IMG/VR virus record: IMGVR_UViG_3300044568_003751 | Location: 25,312-89,311 of that record | Direction: 5' to 3' (one strand) | DNA length: 64,000 bases | Source of the DNA: a virus | Shown here: piece by piece, positions 53,384 through 63,529 of the stretch | Position numbering within the stretch: position 1 is the stretch's first letter | How the letters are laid out: the number at the start of each line of letters is the position of its first letter | Translations under genes and position numbers: made by a program | The notes under the pieces: generated by a model | The model's database searches: none | What the model saw: only the letters and a program-made list of their open reading frames with translations | Told to the model about the DNA's origin: nothing

Positions 53384-54377
53384 CTAATACTCCTTTGTAT
53401 GTTTCGTTCATCCAGCGACTCACTTGATCTGCACTGTCACTGAGTTTGGTCAACTCGTACTTGCCACAGAATTTTAGGAAGTGTGCACCTACCATGCCCA
53501 CATCCTTGTGACTGATCTGTTCACGAATACAACCATCCACAACTGCTTTGACATTGTCTGGCTGTGCTGTGAGATCAATCAAGGTACAGTTACGTTCATA
53601 GTCGTCTAACACACGGTGTTCGTCACCGTTGTGGTCGGTCCAACGTTGCAGCATGAGATTGTTCCAAGAGTAGCCTTTTTTGTCTCTGTCTCCAAAGGCC
53701 TCACGGAGACCAACTTTATTCTTTGTGCCTTTCTCACGTACTCCAGGATACGCACTGAATACGTTGTCTGAGGTGTCGCCACGCATGCACTTCTCAAATA
53801 GCAACCAGGCTGGATCCGGGATCGTTTTTGGCTGTTTAGTTTTCTTATCATTGACACGGTTACCTTTAGCATCGAATATGCCCTCCAGGGTTAGTAGTTC
53901 ATCTGTGATACCATTGTATTGCGTGACGTTGTCGGCCAACAACTGCACGAAATCAGTGTCTGAGCTCACAATTGTGTGTTCATCTTGGGGGTGTAAAGAG
54001 ATCCAACGTGCTATGATATCATCTGCTTCGGCAGTGGCACAACGGATCACACTACAATTTGTTTTTGTAGACAAGTATTTAGTCAGTTCATCATAGGTTT
54101 CCCAAAACAGTTTATCTTCTTCTGCTTCTGTTTCTGTCATTGCCCCACGTGCCACAGCACGGTTAGCCTTGTAGGGTTTGTAGTGATCTTTGCGCCAGCT
54201 TCGACCCTCCAGTGCAAAAACCACATGGTCTGCTTGAAAACGCTTTGCCACTTTGTTTGCAGCCATGATTGTAACATGCAGGGCAAAGCCCAATTTGGTC
54301 CATGTGTCACTGGCACGGTGTGCTGAGTGCCGGGCACGGAAAAACATGTTGGCTGTATCAATCAGTAGGTATTTCAT
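53328..54377 (-). CDS. 5'-3' exonuclease / T4-type RNase H (FEN family)
   Basis: LIDTAN, SWRK..YKANR, EADDII, SSDTDFVQL, GDTSDN. Confidence 0.93.
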   Translation of the reverse strand: MKYLLIDTANMFFRARHSAHRASDTWTKLGFALHVTIMAANKVAKRFQADHVVFALEGRSWRKDHYKPYKANRAVARGAMTETEAEEDKLFWETYDELTKYLSTKTNCSVIRCATAEADDIIARWISLHPQDEHTIVSSDTDFVQLLADNVTQYNGITDELLTLEGIFDAKGNRVNDKKTKQPKTIPDPAWLLFEKCMRGDTSDNVFSAYPGVREKGTKNKVGLREAFGDRDKKGYSWNNLMLQRWTDHNGDEHRVLDDYERNCTLIDLTAQPDNVKAVVDGCIREQISHKDVGMVGAHFLKFCGKYELTKLSDSADQVSRWMNETYKGVLDDISQTSIRKSILDTQEG

Positions 54378-55083
54378 TAGTCACAATCAAGTTGTTATCG
54401 TAAATATATTGTAACACATGTTCAGCCCAAAAGCAATGGGCACTGTGCCCAAAATGCCAACTATCGGGGTTGACCGTTTTGAATCCGTTGTTTCTTAGCA
54501 CTGAATCGTAAGTTTGGTCAGGATCGTATGGTGCAATGTAGCATTGACTCCAGTCACGATTTTGGGAGATTTTACCAAAATGACTATTGCCATTAAACAT
54601 CACATGCTGCACCTGGTTAAGTTTGAGTTCGTTATGGAACTGCCAAATCTCGTCATGTGCTTGTTGTTCAACTTCGTCCCAGTTGATCGTGGACATAAAA
54701 TTTTTGTAACGTTCGGCAAAAACGTGCGGTACACTATCTATGCCACTGGCGTTGACTTGATACCATGTGCCTTCGTGAAACCATTCTTGTCGTTCCCACG
54801 TGGACCATTGCAGTATCACAAAAACATCCTTGAGATCAGTCTGTTCATGTAACCAAGATCTTGTGGTACGAATAACACGGGCATTTGACCCACCAGCCTG
54901 TGCGTCAAGGTACAGTATGGCATTGAGACTGTTGGCTATTTCACAGCCAAAACTCACACGTTCGTTGTCTGGATGCGGCTGTTGCCCCAAGCCATAATAT
55001 AATCCATCATCCTCTGCCCATGAATATGTATTTACTGCTTCTGCGGCCGCGGCATGACTATCACCATTAACATACAATATCAT
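54358..55083 (-). CDS. SGNH-hydrolase-like hypothetical protein
   Basis: NGDSH, GGSN.R, QWST..R, late H. Confidence 0.6.
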   Translation of the reverse strand: MILYVNGDSHAAAAEAVNTYSWAEDDGLYYGLGQQPHPDNERVSFGCEIANSLNAILYLDAQAGGSNARVIRTTRSWLHEQTDLKDVFVILQWSTWERQEWFHEGTWYQVNASGIDSVPHVFAERYKNFMSTINWDEVEQQAHDEIWQFHNELKLNQVQHVMFNGNSHFGKISQNRDWSQCYIAPYDPDQTYDSVLRNNGFKTVNPDSWHFGHSAHCFWAEHVLQYIYDNNLIVTNEIPTD

Positions 55084-55556
55084 TTTTGTAATAGTACTTT
55101 TTCAGTCTCTGCTGCCACCACACGTTTGCGCAGGCTTGAACTGGAGAACGAGTGATCTCTACCATTAAACACTAGTTCAATGCCACGCATGCCACATTCT
55201 TCCATACCAGAGAAGTTTAGATGTTGATATTCCACACCTAACACACGAACATCCACAGGCAGGATCAACAACAAGTCACGAAGATCTTGTTCGGTTTGGT
55301 ATACAACAACTTCATCAACGTAACGGCAGGCGGCCAACTGTATCTGTCGCTCCACAATAGATTGTATAGGGCGATTCTTAGTCTCGGGTCTATCGATAGT
55401 TGGGTCTGTCTGGAGCCCGCAGATCAGGTAGTCACAATGATTCTTGGCCTCGCTGAGCATAGCAATGTGGCCCGCGTGGAGCATGTCAAAGGTTGAAAAA
55501 GTGATGCCAATTTTCTTCCCGTCTTGTTTGAGTTGTTTAATGTGATTGAAAATCAT
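55080..55556 (-). CDS. Cytidylyltransferase (TagD-like)
   Basis: TFDMLHAGH, CRYVDEV, SSSSLR. Confidence 0.9.
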   Translation of the reverse strand: MIFNHIKQLKQDGKKIGITFSTFDMLHAGHIAMLSEAKNHCDYLICGLQTDPTIDRPETKNRPIQSIVERQIQLAACRYVDEVVVYQTEQDLRDLLLILPVDVRVLGVEYQHLNFSGMEECGMRGIELVFNGRDHSFSSSSLRKRVVAAETEKVLLQK

Positions 55557-55954
55557 GATACTTCAGTTCTTCCGCCGCCGATGTCTCTAGTGTTGACATA
55601 CTGTCCAACACCTTTGATTATGGCCTGTTCTTGTTCCCAGGTTTCCATTACCACATGTCTGCACACATTTTGAAACCAACGATCCACTATGTCAGCATCC
55701 ACATCATCGGGTTTCATCATGTAGCCGGCTTTGACCAGGCGTGCCACAAAGATTTCATTCCAGTCTAATTCAAACGCACCCTGGTGCAGATTGTCAGGAT
55801 CGATATCCATACGTACCATTGCCACATATGGCTCGTTCTTTTCTGTGGCAATTTCTTTTTCAGTCTTGACTGGTGCCTTGACCTTTGGTTCTTTTGCAGT
55901 TTTGGGCTCTACTTCGGCCTTGGTTTTTTTCTTGAACCAATCAAATATTGCCAT
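55553..55954 (-). CDS. Conserved phage hypothetical protein
   Basis: ATEKNEPYV, FELDWN, VDRWF..C. Confidence 0.7.
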   Translation of the reverse strand: MAIFDWFKKKTKAEVEPKTAKEPKVKAPVKTEKEIATEKNEPYVAMVRMDIDPDNLHQGAFELDWNEIFVARLVKAGYMMKPDDVDADIVDRWFQNVCRHVVMETWEQEQAIIKGVGQYVNTRDIGGGRTEVS

Positions 55955-56802
55955 TAGGTTCCCCATTCGTTCTTGAATAGTGGCACTTGTAGTCTATCAC
56001 TGTAACGCCAGCCTTTTCGCATTGCCATTTCTGCCACTGCACGATTGTTAAGGGTATACACTCGCTCAACGCCACCAACAGGCATGACATACACAGGACC
56101 TGTAAACCCTGCCGCCCTATACGCACCCACTGCACATTCTGCATCTGCTAGATCCTGTTCTGTTGCTACCACCAGTTTCAAGTAAGTATAACCAAATTGT
56201 TCGTATTCACATACCACTTCTGGAAGTATGGCTTCTTCCCACTTCTCACCAGACCCAGGAAGTTTAGCACTGACGCTAAATGTAATTTCACGTTGTGCTC
56301 TCCAACGCTGTAAGTATTCTTTAAATTCAGGTGTTAGTTTTTGGGTACCATTTGTTTCAAATGTAATCTCTTTTAGTCTGTGCATACTGTCGTGATCCAG
56401 CAAGTCTGGATAAGCACGTTGCCAACCCAACAAAGGCTCACCACCTGTGATTACCAAATGCTCATCTTCCCAACGACGATGTGGTAGTATCTGCATGATA
56501 CGATCAACAATGGCATTGGTCTCAAGCATGGGACTTAGGTCTTTAAAGTCTGGATGCCATGACGCATAACTGTCGCAACCTGTACTAACTAAGGGCAAGT
56601 CTTTGTACTTTTCAAAAGCTCGTATCATGGTATGTGTGGCTGCAAGATCGGTTGCTTCGTGGCTCACCTCGCCACGTGACATACCAAATCCTGCACATGT
56701 AAAGTTGCAACCAAATGTTCTCAAGAACACCGACGGCACACCCATGTATCTGCCTTCGCCTTGGATTGAATAAAATAATTCTGCTATTTTAAGTTTGCTC
56801 AT
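55954..56802 (-). CDS. queE: 7-carboxy-7-deazaguanine synthase (radical SAM)
   Basis: ELFYSIQGEG, FLRTFGCNFTC..(insert)..GCDS, TGGEP, ETNGT; near queD and folE. Confidence 0.9.
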   Translation of the reverse strand: MSKLKIAELFYSIQGEGRYMGVPSVFLRTFGCNFTCAGFGMSRGEVSHEATDLAATHTMIRAFEKYKDLPLVSTGCDSYASWHPDFKDLSPMLETNAIVDRIMQILPHRRWEDEHLVITGGEPLLGWQRAYPDLLDHDSMHRLKEITFETNGTQKLTPEFKEYLQRWRAQREITFSVSAKLPGSGEKWEEAILPEVVCEYEQFGYTYLKLVVATEQDLADAECAVGAYRAAGFTGPVYVMPVGGVERVYTLNNRAVAEMAMRKGWRYSDRLQVPLFKNEWGT

Positions 56803-56917
56803 TTATATCCTCTGTTGTACATTCATTGATTATACACGAAACATGAAAATTGTCAAGTATTATGAATTCTAATTAATGCATTCTATAAATGAACAATGCA
56901 TATTATCTGATATAAAA

Positions 56918-58918
56918 CTATGCTGCTAGTTGTTTTACAGAGAACGAGCCTTGTGCTTTGGCAGCACCTAGACCACGCTGACTTGCTTTGCTGTTAACCG
57001 CACCAACTAGGTCAACGGTGGCTTTGCCAAAATTGCGACGTCGCGCATAATAAAATAACTCTAAAAATCTATTGAGACTCATGGTTTTGTCTTCGGGGAA
57101 ATCCAGTAGATATACTGTAGATTCGTTGACCAGGGATCGATTGAAACTGAGATATTCCCAAATATTATAGTCCAGAGTCAAATTCAAGGGATAGGCATTT
57201 CTGTCCGCATATTTGATGTAGTAACTGCGTTGGAAACGCATGAGACTGGCCAAGAGATCTGTTGGCAACATGTAACGCTCTAAGAAAGTTTCCAAGAAAT
57301 CATACAAGTCATCCACTCGGTCTTCTTGGTGCATGTTCATTGAGGTACGATGTATGATGTTCCAACCATGAATCTCTACACCAATCTTGGGATGATTGAT
57401 CCGGCCAGTATTCATCCAGTTGGAAAAATATGTTCTGGCTTCGTCTGCTTCTTTTTTGATCCATTCATGAGTCATAGCATACTCAAACAGATCTTCATAG
57501 TAGTCGTTGTAACTGATACCCAGATACTTGTTGATAAATCTGGCCACAATGGTAGCAAAGCCATTGATATGAAATGTGGTCTGGAACCACGAAAAAATCT
57601 GCGCATCCAACATCACCGGAGTGGGCATGTCTTTAGTGCCTGTTATAACGTCAATGCTTTCTTCAATGTGCTCCACGCTGTATGAACCAGCAAAGTAATC
57701 AGTTACGGGCTGACTAGTAATCTTAAACAGTTTTTTCTGTAGCAGATTCATTTCGGCATTTTCCAACAACTGAGCTTGGAACACAGTGATACCGGTGTGT
57801 TGATTTAGGTCATACAAGGCATAGAAGTTTTTCTTCCAGGATTCTAGGGTTTCGCCAGGCAAGCCCAGGATAAGTTCGGTGTAGGCCGGAATGTTGCGTT
57901 GATCACACAGTTCAAACACTTCGTTAAGTTTGTTCATCTCCATGTTCTTGCGACGAATATTTTCCAACACATCCAAGTCAAGACTCTGTACACTCAGTGT
58001 GAGACCTTGATTGAAGCCCCTGGCATCCAGCAGTTTCTTCACAATGTCGATCACTTCCTTCTTTTGGTTCTTGGCCCAGGCCACAGAGAAAGTTCGAGGC
58101 GATCCGTACTTTTCTTGCATCTCAATAATCTTGTCAGCAATCATGCCATCACGTTCGGGAAACATGCCAAAGTTAGCATCAGTGATTGAAATCCAATCAA
58201 AGTTGCGTTTGGCCATCCATTCAAGTTCGTGGAACACTCTAGTTAATTCAAACTGCTTGACCTTGTTGTAGGTCAAGCTGCCCCAGTCACAAAAAGTACA
58301 AGCATAGGGACAACCACGATTGGTTTCAAGTGTTCCTTGCCAGGTCACTTCAGGATGATCTGCCATTATTTTATCAAATATGCCCGACAGGTAAGGACTG
58401 GCCACCTGCTCAAGACTTTGAATACGTTCTGCGTCTTGTGTTTTTACAGCCTCACCGTTGCGATTGATCAACAGGCCTGGCACTGATTCCCAGTCACCAG
58501 TTTCAAAGTGTTCCAGCACTCGCTTGAATGTAATTTCACCTTCATAGCAGATCACTAGATCCATGAACGGTTCTCGACGAAACAGATCTGGGTCAGTTAT
58601 TGCCGGCTCTGGTCCACCAAACACAGTCAATACCGTGGGATTGATTTCTTTGATACGGCGGGCTAACTCATAGTTATAGCGATGATTCCATACATAGGTA
58701 CTAAAAGTCACAATGCTGTTGAGTGCCAGTCGTTGTGCCACAGGTTCCAGCGCATCTCGTCGCCAGATCCAGTCAGTGGCTTCAAACTGTTCACGTATGG
58801 CGGGATCGGCTAGGCTATAACTCCACACTACACCTGCAGAATACGGCAGGTAATAGGCGTTGAATTCTTTGGGCCCTTGCTGAAAATTGGGTTGCACAAA
58901 GGCAATGGTATGTTTCAT
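56918..58918 (-). CDS. Cobalamin-binding (class B) radical SAM protein
   Basis: STYVWN, GGPE, EGE, ETNRGCPYACTFCDWG, DANFG, ILGLPGET. Confidence 0.9.
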   Translation of the reverse strand: MKHTIAFVQPNFQQGPKEFNAYYLPYSAGVVWSYSLADPAIREQFEATDWIWRRDALEPVAQRLALNSIVTFSTYVWNHRYNYELARRIKEINPTVLTVFGGPEPAITDPDLFRREPFMDLVICYEGEITFKRVLEHFETGDWESVPGLLINRNGEAVKTQDAERIQSLEQVASPYLSGIFDKIMADHPEVTWQGTLETNRGCPYACTFCDWGSLTYNKVKQFELTRVFHELEWMAKRNFDWISITDANFGMFPERDGMIADKIIEMQEKYGSPRTFSVAWAKNQKKEVIDIVKKLLDARGFNQGLTLSVQSLDLDVLENIRRKNMEMNKLNEVFELCDQRNIPAYTELILGLPGETLESWKKNFYALYDLNQHTGITVFQAQLLENAEMNLLQKKLFKITSQPVTDYFAGSYSVEHIEESIDVITGTKDMPTPVMLDAQIFSWFQTTFHINGFATIVARFINKYLGISYNDYYEDLFEYAMTHEWIKKEADEARTYFSNWMNTGRINHPKIGVEIHGWNIIHRTSMNMHQEDRVDDLYDFLETFLERYMLPTDLLASLMRFQRSYYIKYADRNAYPLNLTLDYNIWEYLSFNRSLVNESTVYLLDFPEDKTMSLNRFLELFYYARRRNFGKATVDLVGAVNSKASQRGLGAAKAQGSFSVKQLAA

Positions 58919-58925
58919 GCAGTAT

Positions 58926-59774
58926 TTAAGCCTTGACGGCATGCGGATTGGCAAACTGTACCATTTGGCTGTTTATATCATTTTCGGCCAGTCTCTGCCA
59001 GGGATCTTGAGTACCTTTGAAAATGTTTTCAAAAAATTCAGTACTTGCGCCTTGTTGACGCATGTAAGCGGCCAGTTTAGCACAATCTAAATGCCTTGCA
59101 TCTATCATCTCTCTGCTGTGAAAATCTCTGGGATCATCGGGCTTGCCTTCTAGCATGGGACGATTGGCATAGATGTCATCGTTGTTGTTGCCAGTCAAGT
59201 CAAACCGATCATGCAACACATCCACACTAATTCGCTGATAGATGTCCAGCATGTAGGCCTGCTGACTTACCCAACCATCTTGTGTGGGATGAGGACTTAT
59301 GTAGCCCAGCAAGTCATACCATGTTCGTGGAACTATGGGAAAGATTGAATAAGGGTGCATGCGATGAGTGCAAAAACTAAGCAGTCGGAACTGGCCAGTA
59401 TAACTCATGATTGTGGTGTCCCATCCTTGACTTTGCATCACAGCATCGTCGTTCCAGATCACCAACCAATCACTGTCGGTTTGTTTGGCCATGGCATTGT
59501 TGTATTTGTGTAAATTCACATAGCCCATGCGTTCAAACTTCATAGCAGTATAACTTACGTCACGCTGGTCCATCCAAGGTTGCAGTTCATCAACAAAGTA
59601 TTTGAACCCTATGTCATCATCATTGTCAAAAGCAAACATGATTTGCACACGACTAGCATCGTCGGCTAGTTCTACCAAACTGCGTACACTGCGACCCAGA
59701 CTCTCTGTTCGACCACGAGTGGCCAACAGCATAGCAATACCATATTCATGTTCTTGCATCAACATCTCCATCAT
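58926..59774 (-). CDS. Glycosyltransferase family 2-like protein
   Basis: LATRGR, DNDD, WNDD (DxD-like). Confidence 0.75.
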   Translation of the reverse strand: MMEMLMQEHEYGIAMLLATRGRTESLGRSVRSLVELADDASRVQIMFAFDNDDDIGFKYFVDELQPWMDQRDVSYTAMKFERMGYVNLHKYNNAMAKQTDSDWLVIWNDDAVMQSQGWDTTIMSYTGQFRLLSFCTHRMHPYSIFPIVPRTWYDLLGYISPHPTQDGWVSQQAYMLDIYQRISVDVLHDRFDLTGNNNDDIYANRPMLEGKPDDPRDFHSREMIDARHLDCAKLAAYMRQQGASTEFFENIFKGTQDPWQRLAENDINSQMVQFANPHAVKA

Positions 59775-60286
59775 GCAAACAAATCTTCTTTCCATTCACG
59801 ATGGCCTTCACGGAATGCCATATTGCTTTGTGTTTCACGCACTTCTACACGATAGCACCATAGACGTTCGGCTTCGCCCTCGCCCCACATTTCTGGAATG
59901 TAAACACCGTTCACATACTTGTACAGCATGTCTGCAAGGCCTTCACAACCAAGTCTTGGCAATACTACAACTTTGGCCATTTTCTTTTCTTGTAGCAGTT
60001 GGTATGTGGCCATTTCTGGATCATCCTGCGCCACAATAAGAGTATGATCAAATTGATCTTCTAGTGTCTTCTTTAGTTCCTTGAGACCGCCATAGTCAGC
60101 GGCCCAGTTGCGCACATCCAAGTCGTCTGTGCCAAAGAAAAATTTCATACTGAAACTGTACCCGTGAATTAGATTGCAATGGCTGTCTGCTCGCCACTGC
60201 CTGTAGGCGCACGGAAATGCGTCGTGATATTCTTTGGTAGACGTATATTTGTACATACGTGGAATTGGGATTTGATAACTGGTCAT
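59771..60286 (-). CDS. queD: 6-carboxytetrahydropterin synthase
   Basis: HCNLIHGY, DYGGLK, FDHT, GCEGLA, VRET. Confidence 0.9.
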   Translation of the reverse strand: MTSYQIPIPRMYKYTSTKEYHDAFPCAYRQWRADSHCNLIHGYSFSMKFFFGTDDLDVRNWAADYGGLKELKKTLEDQFDHTLIVAQDDPEMATYQLLQEKKMAKVVVLPRLGCEGLADMLYKYVNGVYIPEMWGEGEAERLWCYRVEVRETQSNMAFREGHREWKEDLFA

Positions 60287-60373
60287 GCTGTTTCTCCTAT
60301 GTTAAATTATAGCATAGGCGGCGGAGTTTGTAAAGCGGGACGATGCCGATAGGCCGCTTAAAAGAATATTTAT
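60287..60373 (-). promoter_or_regulatory. Structured queD leader (riboswitch candidate)
   Basis: TAAATA; AAGCGG/CCGCTT stem; CCTATG/CATAGG hairpin over the SD. Confidence 0.5.
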
Positions 60374-60384
60374 GCTGAATTATG

Positions 60385-61065
60385 TTACTGAATTCTATTG
60401 TAAAAACAGTTGACATGCTCTACAAATTCGTGTTTGGCTCGTTGATGTAAATTATACCACAATCCATGCACTTGATTTGCCAAATCATAGCAATTGCTCA
60501 GTTCAAACCATTCGATCATGGTGTTGTAAAATGTTTTATCAAGAGTAGGTTGGTATAAACAATCCACGGCTATAACTTTATTTCCTGATTGTCTTGATAA
60601 ATTGTTCACATTTAACATAATTCTGTGTTTAACATCTATTTTAAATTTTTCGGGTGTGCAATGAAACAAGTTGCTGTTTAATTTAAAGTAACATTGTAAT
60701 GCCAATTCTGGATCAATAGTACAAACTAAGTTTTTATCTACGCCGTCAACCAAAGTACAAAGGTGCTCTAATTGAAAAACTTGCCGGGTCTCTTGATAGA
60801 GAAATTCCATCCATAACCAATTGTCCCAAGATCGTTTTGAAGAATAAATTTGGGTACGGAAACTTTCAAGTTTGGACTCGGCATCAAGAAATGTTATTTG
60901 TCTACTTGAGTCTGTAATTTTTGAAAATCCTCCGTCCACCGAAGGAGTTAATACAAATTGAAAAACAGGATCCAGTAGGGCCAACCATCTCACATGATTA
61001 CCAAATCCACCAACGGGTGCGCACACTCCGCATTTCAAAGGAGACGAACTTGTTATATCAATCAT
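60385..61065 (-). CDS. Hypothetical protein (PxGGFGNH motif)
   Basis: 226 aa, AT-rich; N-terminal motif like 42571..43305. Confidence 0.6.
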   Translation of the reverse strand: MIDITSSSPLKCGVCAPVGGFGNHVRWLALLDPVFQFVLTPSVDGGFSKITDSSRQITFLDAESKLESFRTQIYSSKRSWDNWLWMEFLYQETRQVFQLEHLCTLVDGVDKNLVCTIDPELALQCYFKLNSNLFHCTPEKFKIDVKHRIMLNVNNLSRQSGNKVIAVDCLYQPTLDKTFYNTMIEWFELSNCYDLANQVHGLWYNLHQRAKHEFVEHVNCFYNRIQ

Positions 61066-61466
61066 TCAGGTTGCTGATATGTATCAGTTTTGTAGTTGGC
61101 TTGACCAGGTATGACACCACGCACACCACCAACAGGATCAGAAGTATCTCCATGCATTCTTGGGATCAAATGCACATGAGGATACATCACTGTCTGCCCG
61201 GCAGCAACTCCTGCATTTAATCCAATGTTAAAAGCATCACACTGATTGTTCTGCACCATTTGACGACCAGTCAACAGAGCCATGCCCATGGCTACCACAA
61301 TAGATTCGTCAGTGTTGGCACGTGGCACAAACAACAGGTGACCTTGTGCCACAGGATATGCATCACGGAACACAGCAATGTGAGTGTTACTAATTTCAGG
61401 CACTGTGTTGGTCCAGGGGGCTACTTTTCCATCCTGGGCGGCTGTTAGTGTTGCGTAACTAATCAT
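61062..61466 (-). CDS. HIT family hydrolase
   Basis: D.YPV..GHLLFVP, AAGQTV..PHVHLIPR. Confidence 0.9.
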   Translation of the reverse strand: MISYATLTAAQDGKVAPWTNTVPEISNTHIAVFRDAYPVAQGHLLFVPRANTDESIVVAMGMALLTGRQMVQNNQCDAFNIGLNAGVAAGQTVMYPHVHLIPRMHGDTSDPVGGVRGVIPGQANYKTDTYQQPE

Positions 61467-62209
61467 CGTGGTGCAAAGTCCTGTTGTAGTTTGATATTGT
61501 CAAAGAATTCCTTCTTCACGCTTTGGTCTGTTTTGAAGGCTCCATGGAGTACGGTAGTTTGGGTAAGACTACTGTGAGCCATAATACCACGATTCTCGCA
61601 ACATCCGTGGGTAGCCTGAATATAAACGGCAACATCTTGGGATCCAGTTGCAAACTCGATCTCACGAGCGATGTCCATGCAGAGCTCTTCTTGAAGAGTT
61701 CCGCGTCGGGCACACCATTGTGCGATCCTGGTGTACTTCGAAAGACCAATGAGTTTGGCGCCAGCAATGATTCCAATATAAGCAACACCCGTAACAGGTT
61801 GATGATGGTGGCTACACATGCTCTTAAGCTCTGAACGCACCACCAACATACCTTCGTATGCTCCTGCTGTGTCATTTGGGAAAGCCGTTGCATTAGGCGA
61901 TTCCTCATACCTACCAGCCATAATTTCGTTGAAGTACATCTTTGCCAACCGGCGAGCCGTACCTTGTGAGTTTGGGTCATTTTCTCTGTCAATCAATAAT
62001 GCATCAAGTACACCTTCGAATGCTGTGGTGGCTTCATCAATCAGTTGCTCTTTCATTGACTCGTCAATATACTCGCTAACGTTGTCGCCGGCCCAGAATC
62101 TTTTTCCGTCACGTTTGAATTTAAAGCGAAGGTGATCGCATGCCTTGCCCAGGCCGTAACCACCATCTCCGGCCCTTGCGTCTATGGTTGTTTCTTTTTT
62201 ATCTGTCAA
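61463..62209 (-). CDS. folE: GTP cyclohydrolase I
   Basis: SMCSHHH, IGLSKY.RI, RRGTLQE, HGCCENRG. Confidence 0.95.
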   Translation of the reverse strand: MTDKKETTIDARAGDGGYGLGKACDHLRFKFKRDGKRFWAGDNVSEYIDESMKEQLIDEATTAFEGVLDALLIDRENDPNSQGTARRLAKMYFNEIMAGRYEESPNATAFPNDTAGAYEGMLVVRSELKSMCSHHHQPVTGVAYIGIIAGAKLIGLSKYTRIAQWCARRGTLQEELCMDIAREIEFATGSQDVAVYIQATHGCCENRGIMAHSSLTQTTVLHGAFKTDQSVKKEFFDNIKLQQDFAPR

Positions 62210-62261
62210 TTTTATTTCTCCGAGTTACTGACGTGGATGTCTTTGTTGTATTGTATAGTAT

Positions 62262-62969
62262 TTAGATTGCAATGTCAAGCGGGTTTTTGTTATATTTTAC
62301 AAAAGGTAAAATTGCTTCAACAAATAATTGATGTCCAAATTTGTTAAGATGATAATCCGTTTTGCTTAGACTACACTTGTTGTCCAAAATAAAGTCAAGA
62401 TAAAACAACGTGGGTTCAATAGAAATATTACTTACACTTTCCTTGCTAAAATAGATTGGAATGTAGCGGCATGGCGCAGTTAATTTAACACTGTCATAAT
62501 AACTTTGAAAATTGGTGTTTTGTTCATACTCAGAATAATAATTGTCAAACCAGGTATCGTAAAATTTGTTGCTTTTTGTTTTTGAAAGTATCCCAGTCCA
62601 TTTGGCAGGTGAGTCGTTGACTGGATTATTATTTCTCATAAATTTGTGTTTGAGTCGTGTGTAAATCAAACTGGTGTTTATAATTTCTTGATGCAACGGA
62701 TTAGTTTCATCGAACACAAACGACTTCCTACTGGGATGACTCCACCCTACTATAACTGTGTCGATTGAATTTATGTACCGTTTATTTTCTAAATAGCAAG
62801 AGTAGATTGCAAAATTGTCAGAGGCGATTTCTGCACGATTCACACATTCAGCGTTTATTTTATCAGCAAGCAAAGATGGCCAACTATCATCTTCAGAGAC
62901 TCCGTGTGCTTGACACATACTGGGTCCAAAAATCCATAACTTGGGTTTGATTAATTTTTGTTGATCCAT
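62262..62969 (-). CDS. SGNH-hydrolase-like hypothetical protein
   Basis: FGPSM, SWP, GWSHPSR, DYHLN..GH. Confidence 0.6.
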   Translation of the reverse strand: MDQQKLIKPKLWIFGPSMCQAHGVSEDDSWPSLLADKINAECVNRAEIASDNFAIYSCYLENKRYINSIDTVIVGWSHPSRKSFVFDETNPLHQEIINTSLIYTRLKHKFMRNNNPVNDSPAKWTGILSKTKSNKFYDTWFDNYYSEYEQNTNFQSYYDSVKLTAPCRYIPIYFSKESVSNISIEPTLFYLDFILDNKCSLSKTDYHLNKFGHQLFVEAILPFVKYNKNPLDIAI

Positions 62970-63529
62970 TTTTTTATATCGTCAAATACATGTTGGTTGG
63001 CTTCAGAGGACAAATGATTCATTAATCCTGGAGATTCAACAAACAACTTGTGGTAGTTGATGTCGATCTGGTTATTGTTGTTATTAAAAAATGTGATGTG
63101 TAAACTGGGTATATTTTTTTCTTTGAGAATGCAACTGATATCGCTAACAATCAATTGGTGTGCATATAAAAAGAACTCATCAAAAAAATATTTTTCGTAA
63201 TATTCTTTCACACAGGCCACCTGAGGATTGTTGGATTCTGCCACATCAATGTAGATAAAATCGCAAGAATGATGCAGACAGTCGTCTTGGTGCAATGGAT
63301 TGTGTTCCACCGGCAATCGATAAGGACTTGTATGCACAACAATGCAATGAGTGATATCATCCAATGTATGCTTAACCAACTGAGTCTGAATTCGGAATTC
63401 GCTACAGCCTGCTTGACATTGGTTATCTACAAAATATTCTTTTGATAACAGATTGGGCCAACCTTCTTTGTTTGGATACTTGATTGTCCAATCTGCCCCG
63501 AAACTGTCTCCTAATAATAATATTTTCAT
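62951..63529 (-). CDS. SGNH-hydrolase-like hypothetical protein
   Basis: LGDSFG, GWP, AGCSE, NHLS..AN. Confidence 0.6.
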   Translation of the reverse strand: MKILLLGDSFGADWTIKYPNKEGWPNLLSKEYFVDNQCQAGCSEFRIQTQLVKHTLDDITHCIVVHTSPYRLPVEHNPLHQDDCLHHSCDFIYIDVAESNNPQVACVKEYYEKYFFDEFFLYAHQLIVSDISCILKEKNIPSLHITFFNNNNNQIDINYHKLFVESPGLMNHLSSEANQHVFDDIKKWINKN

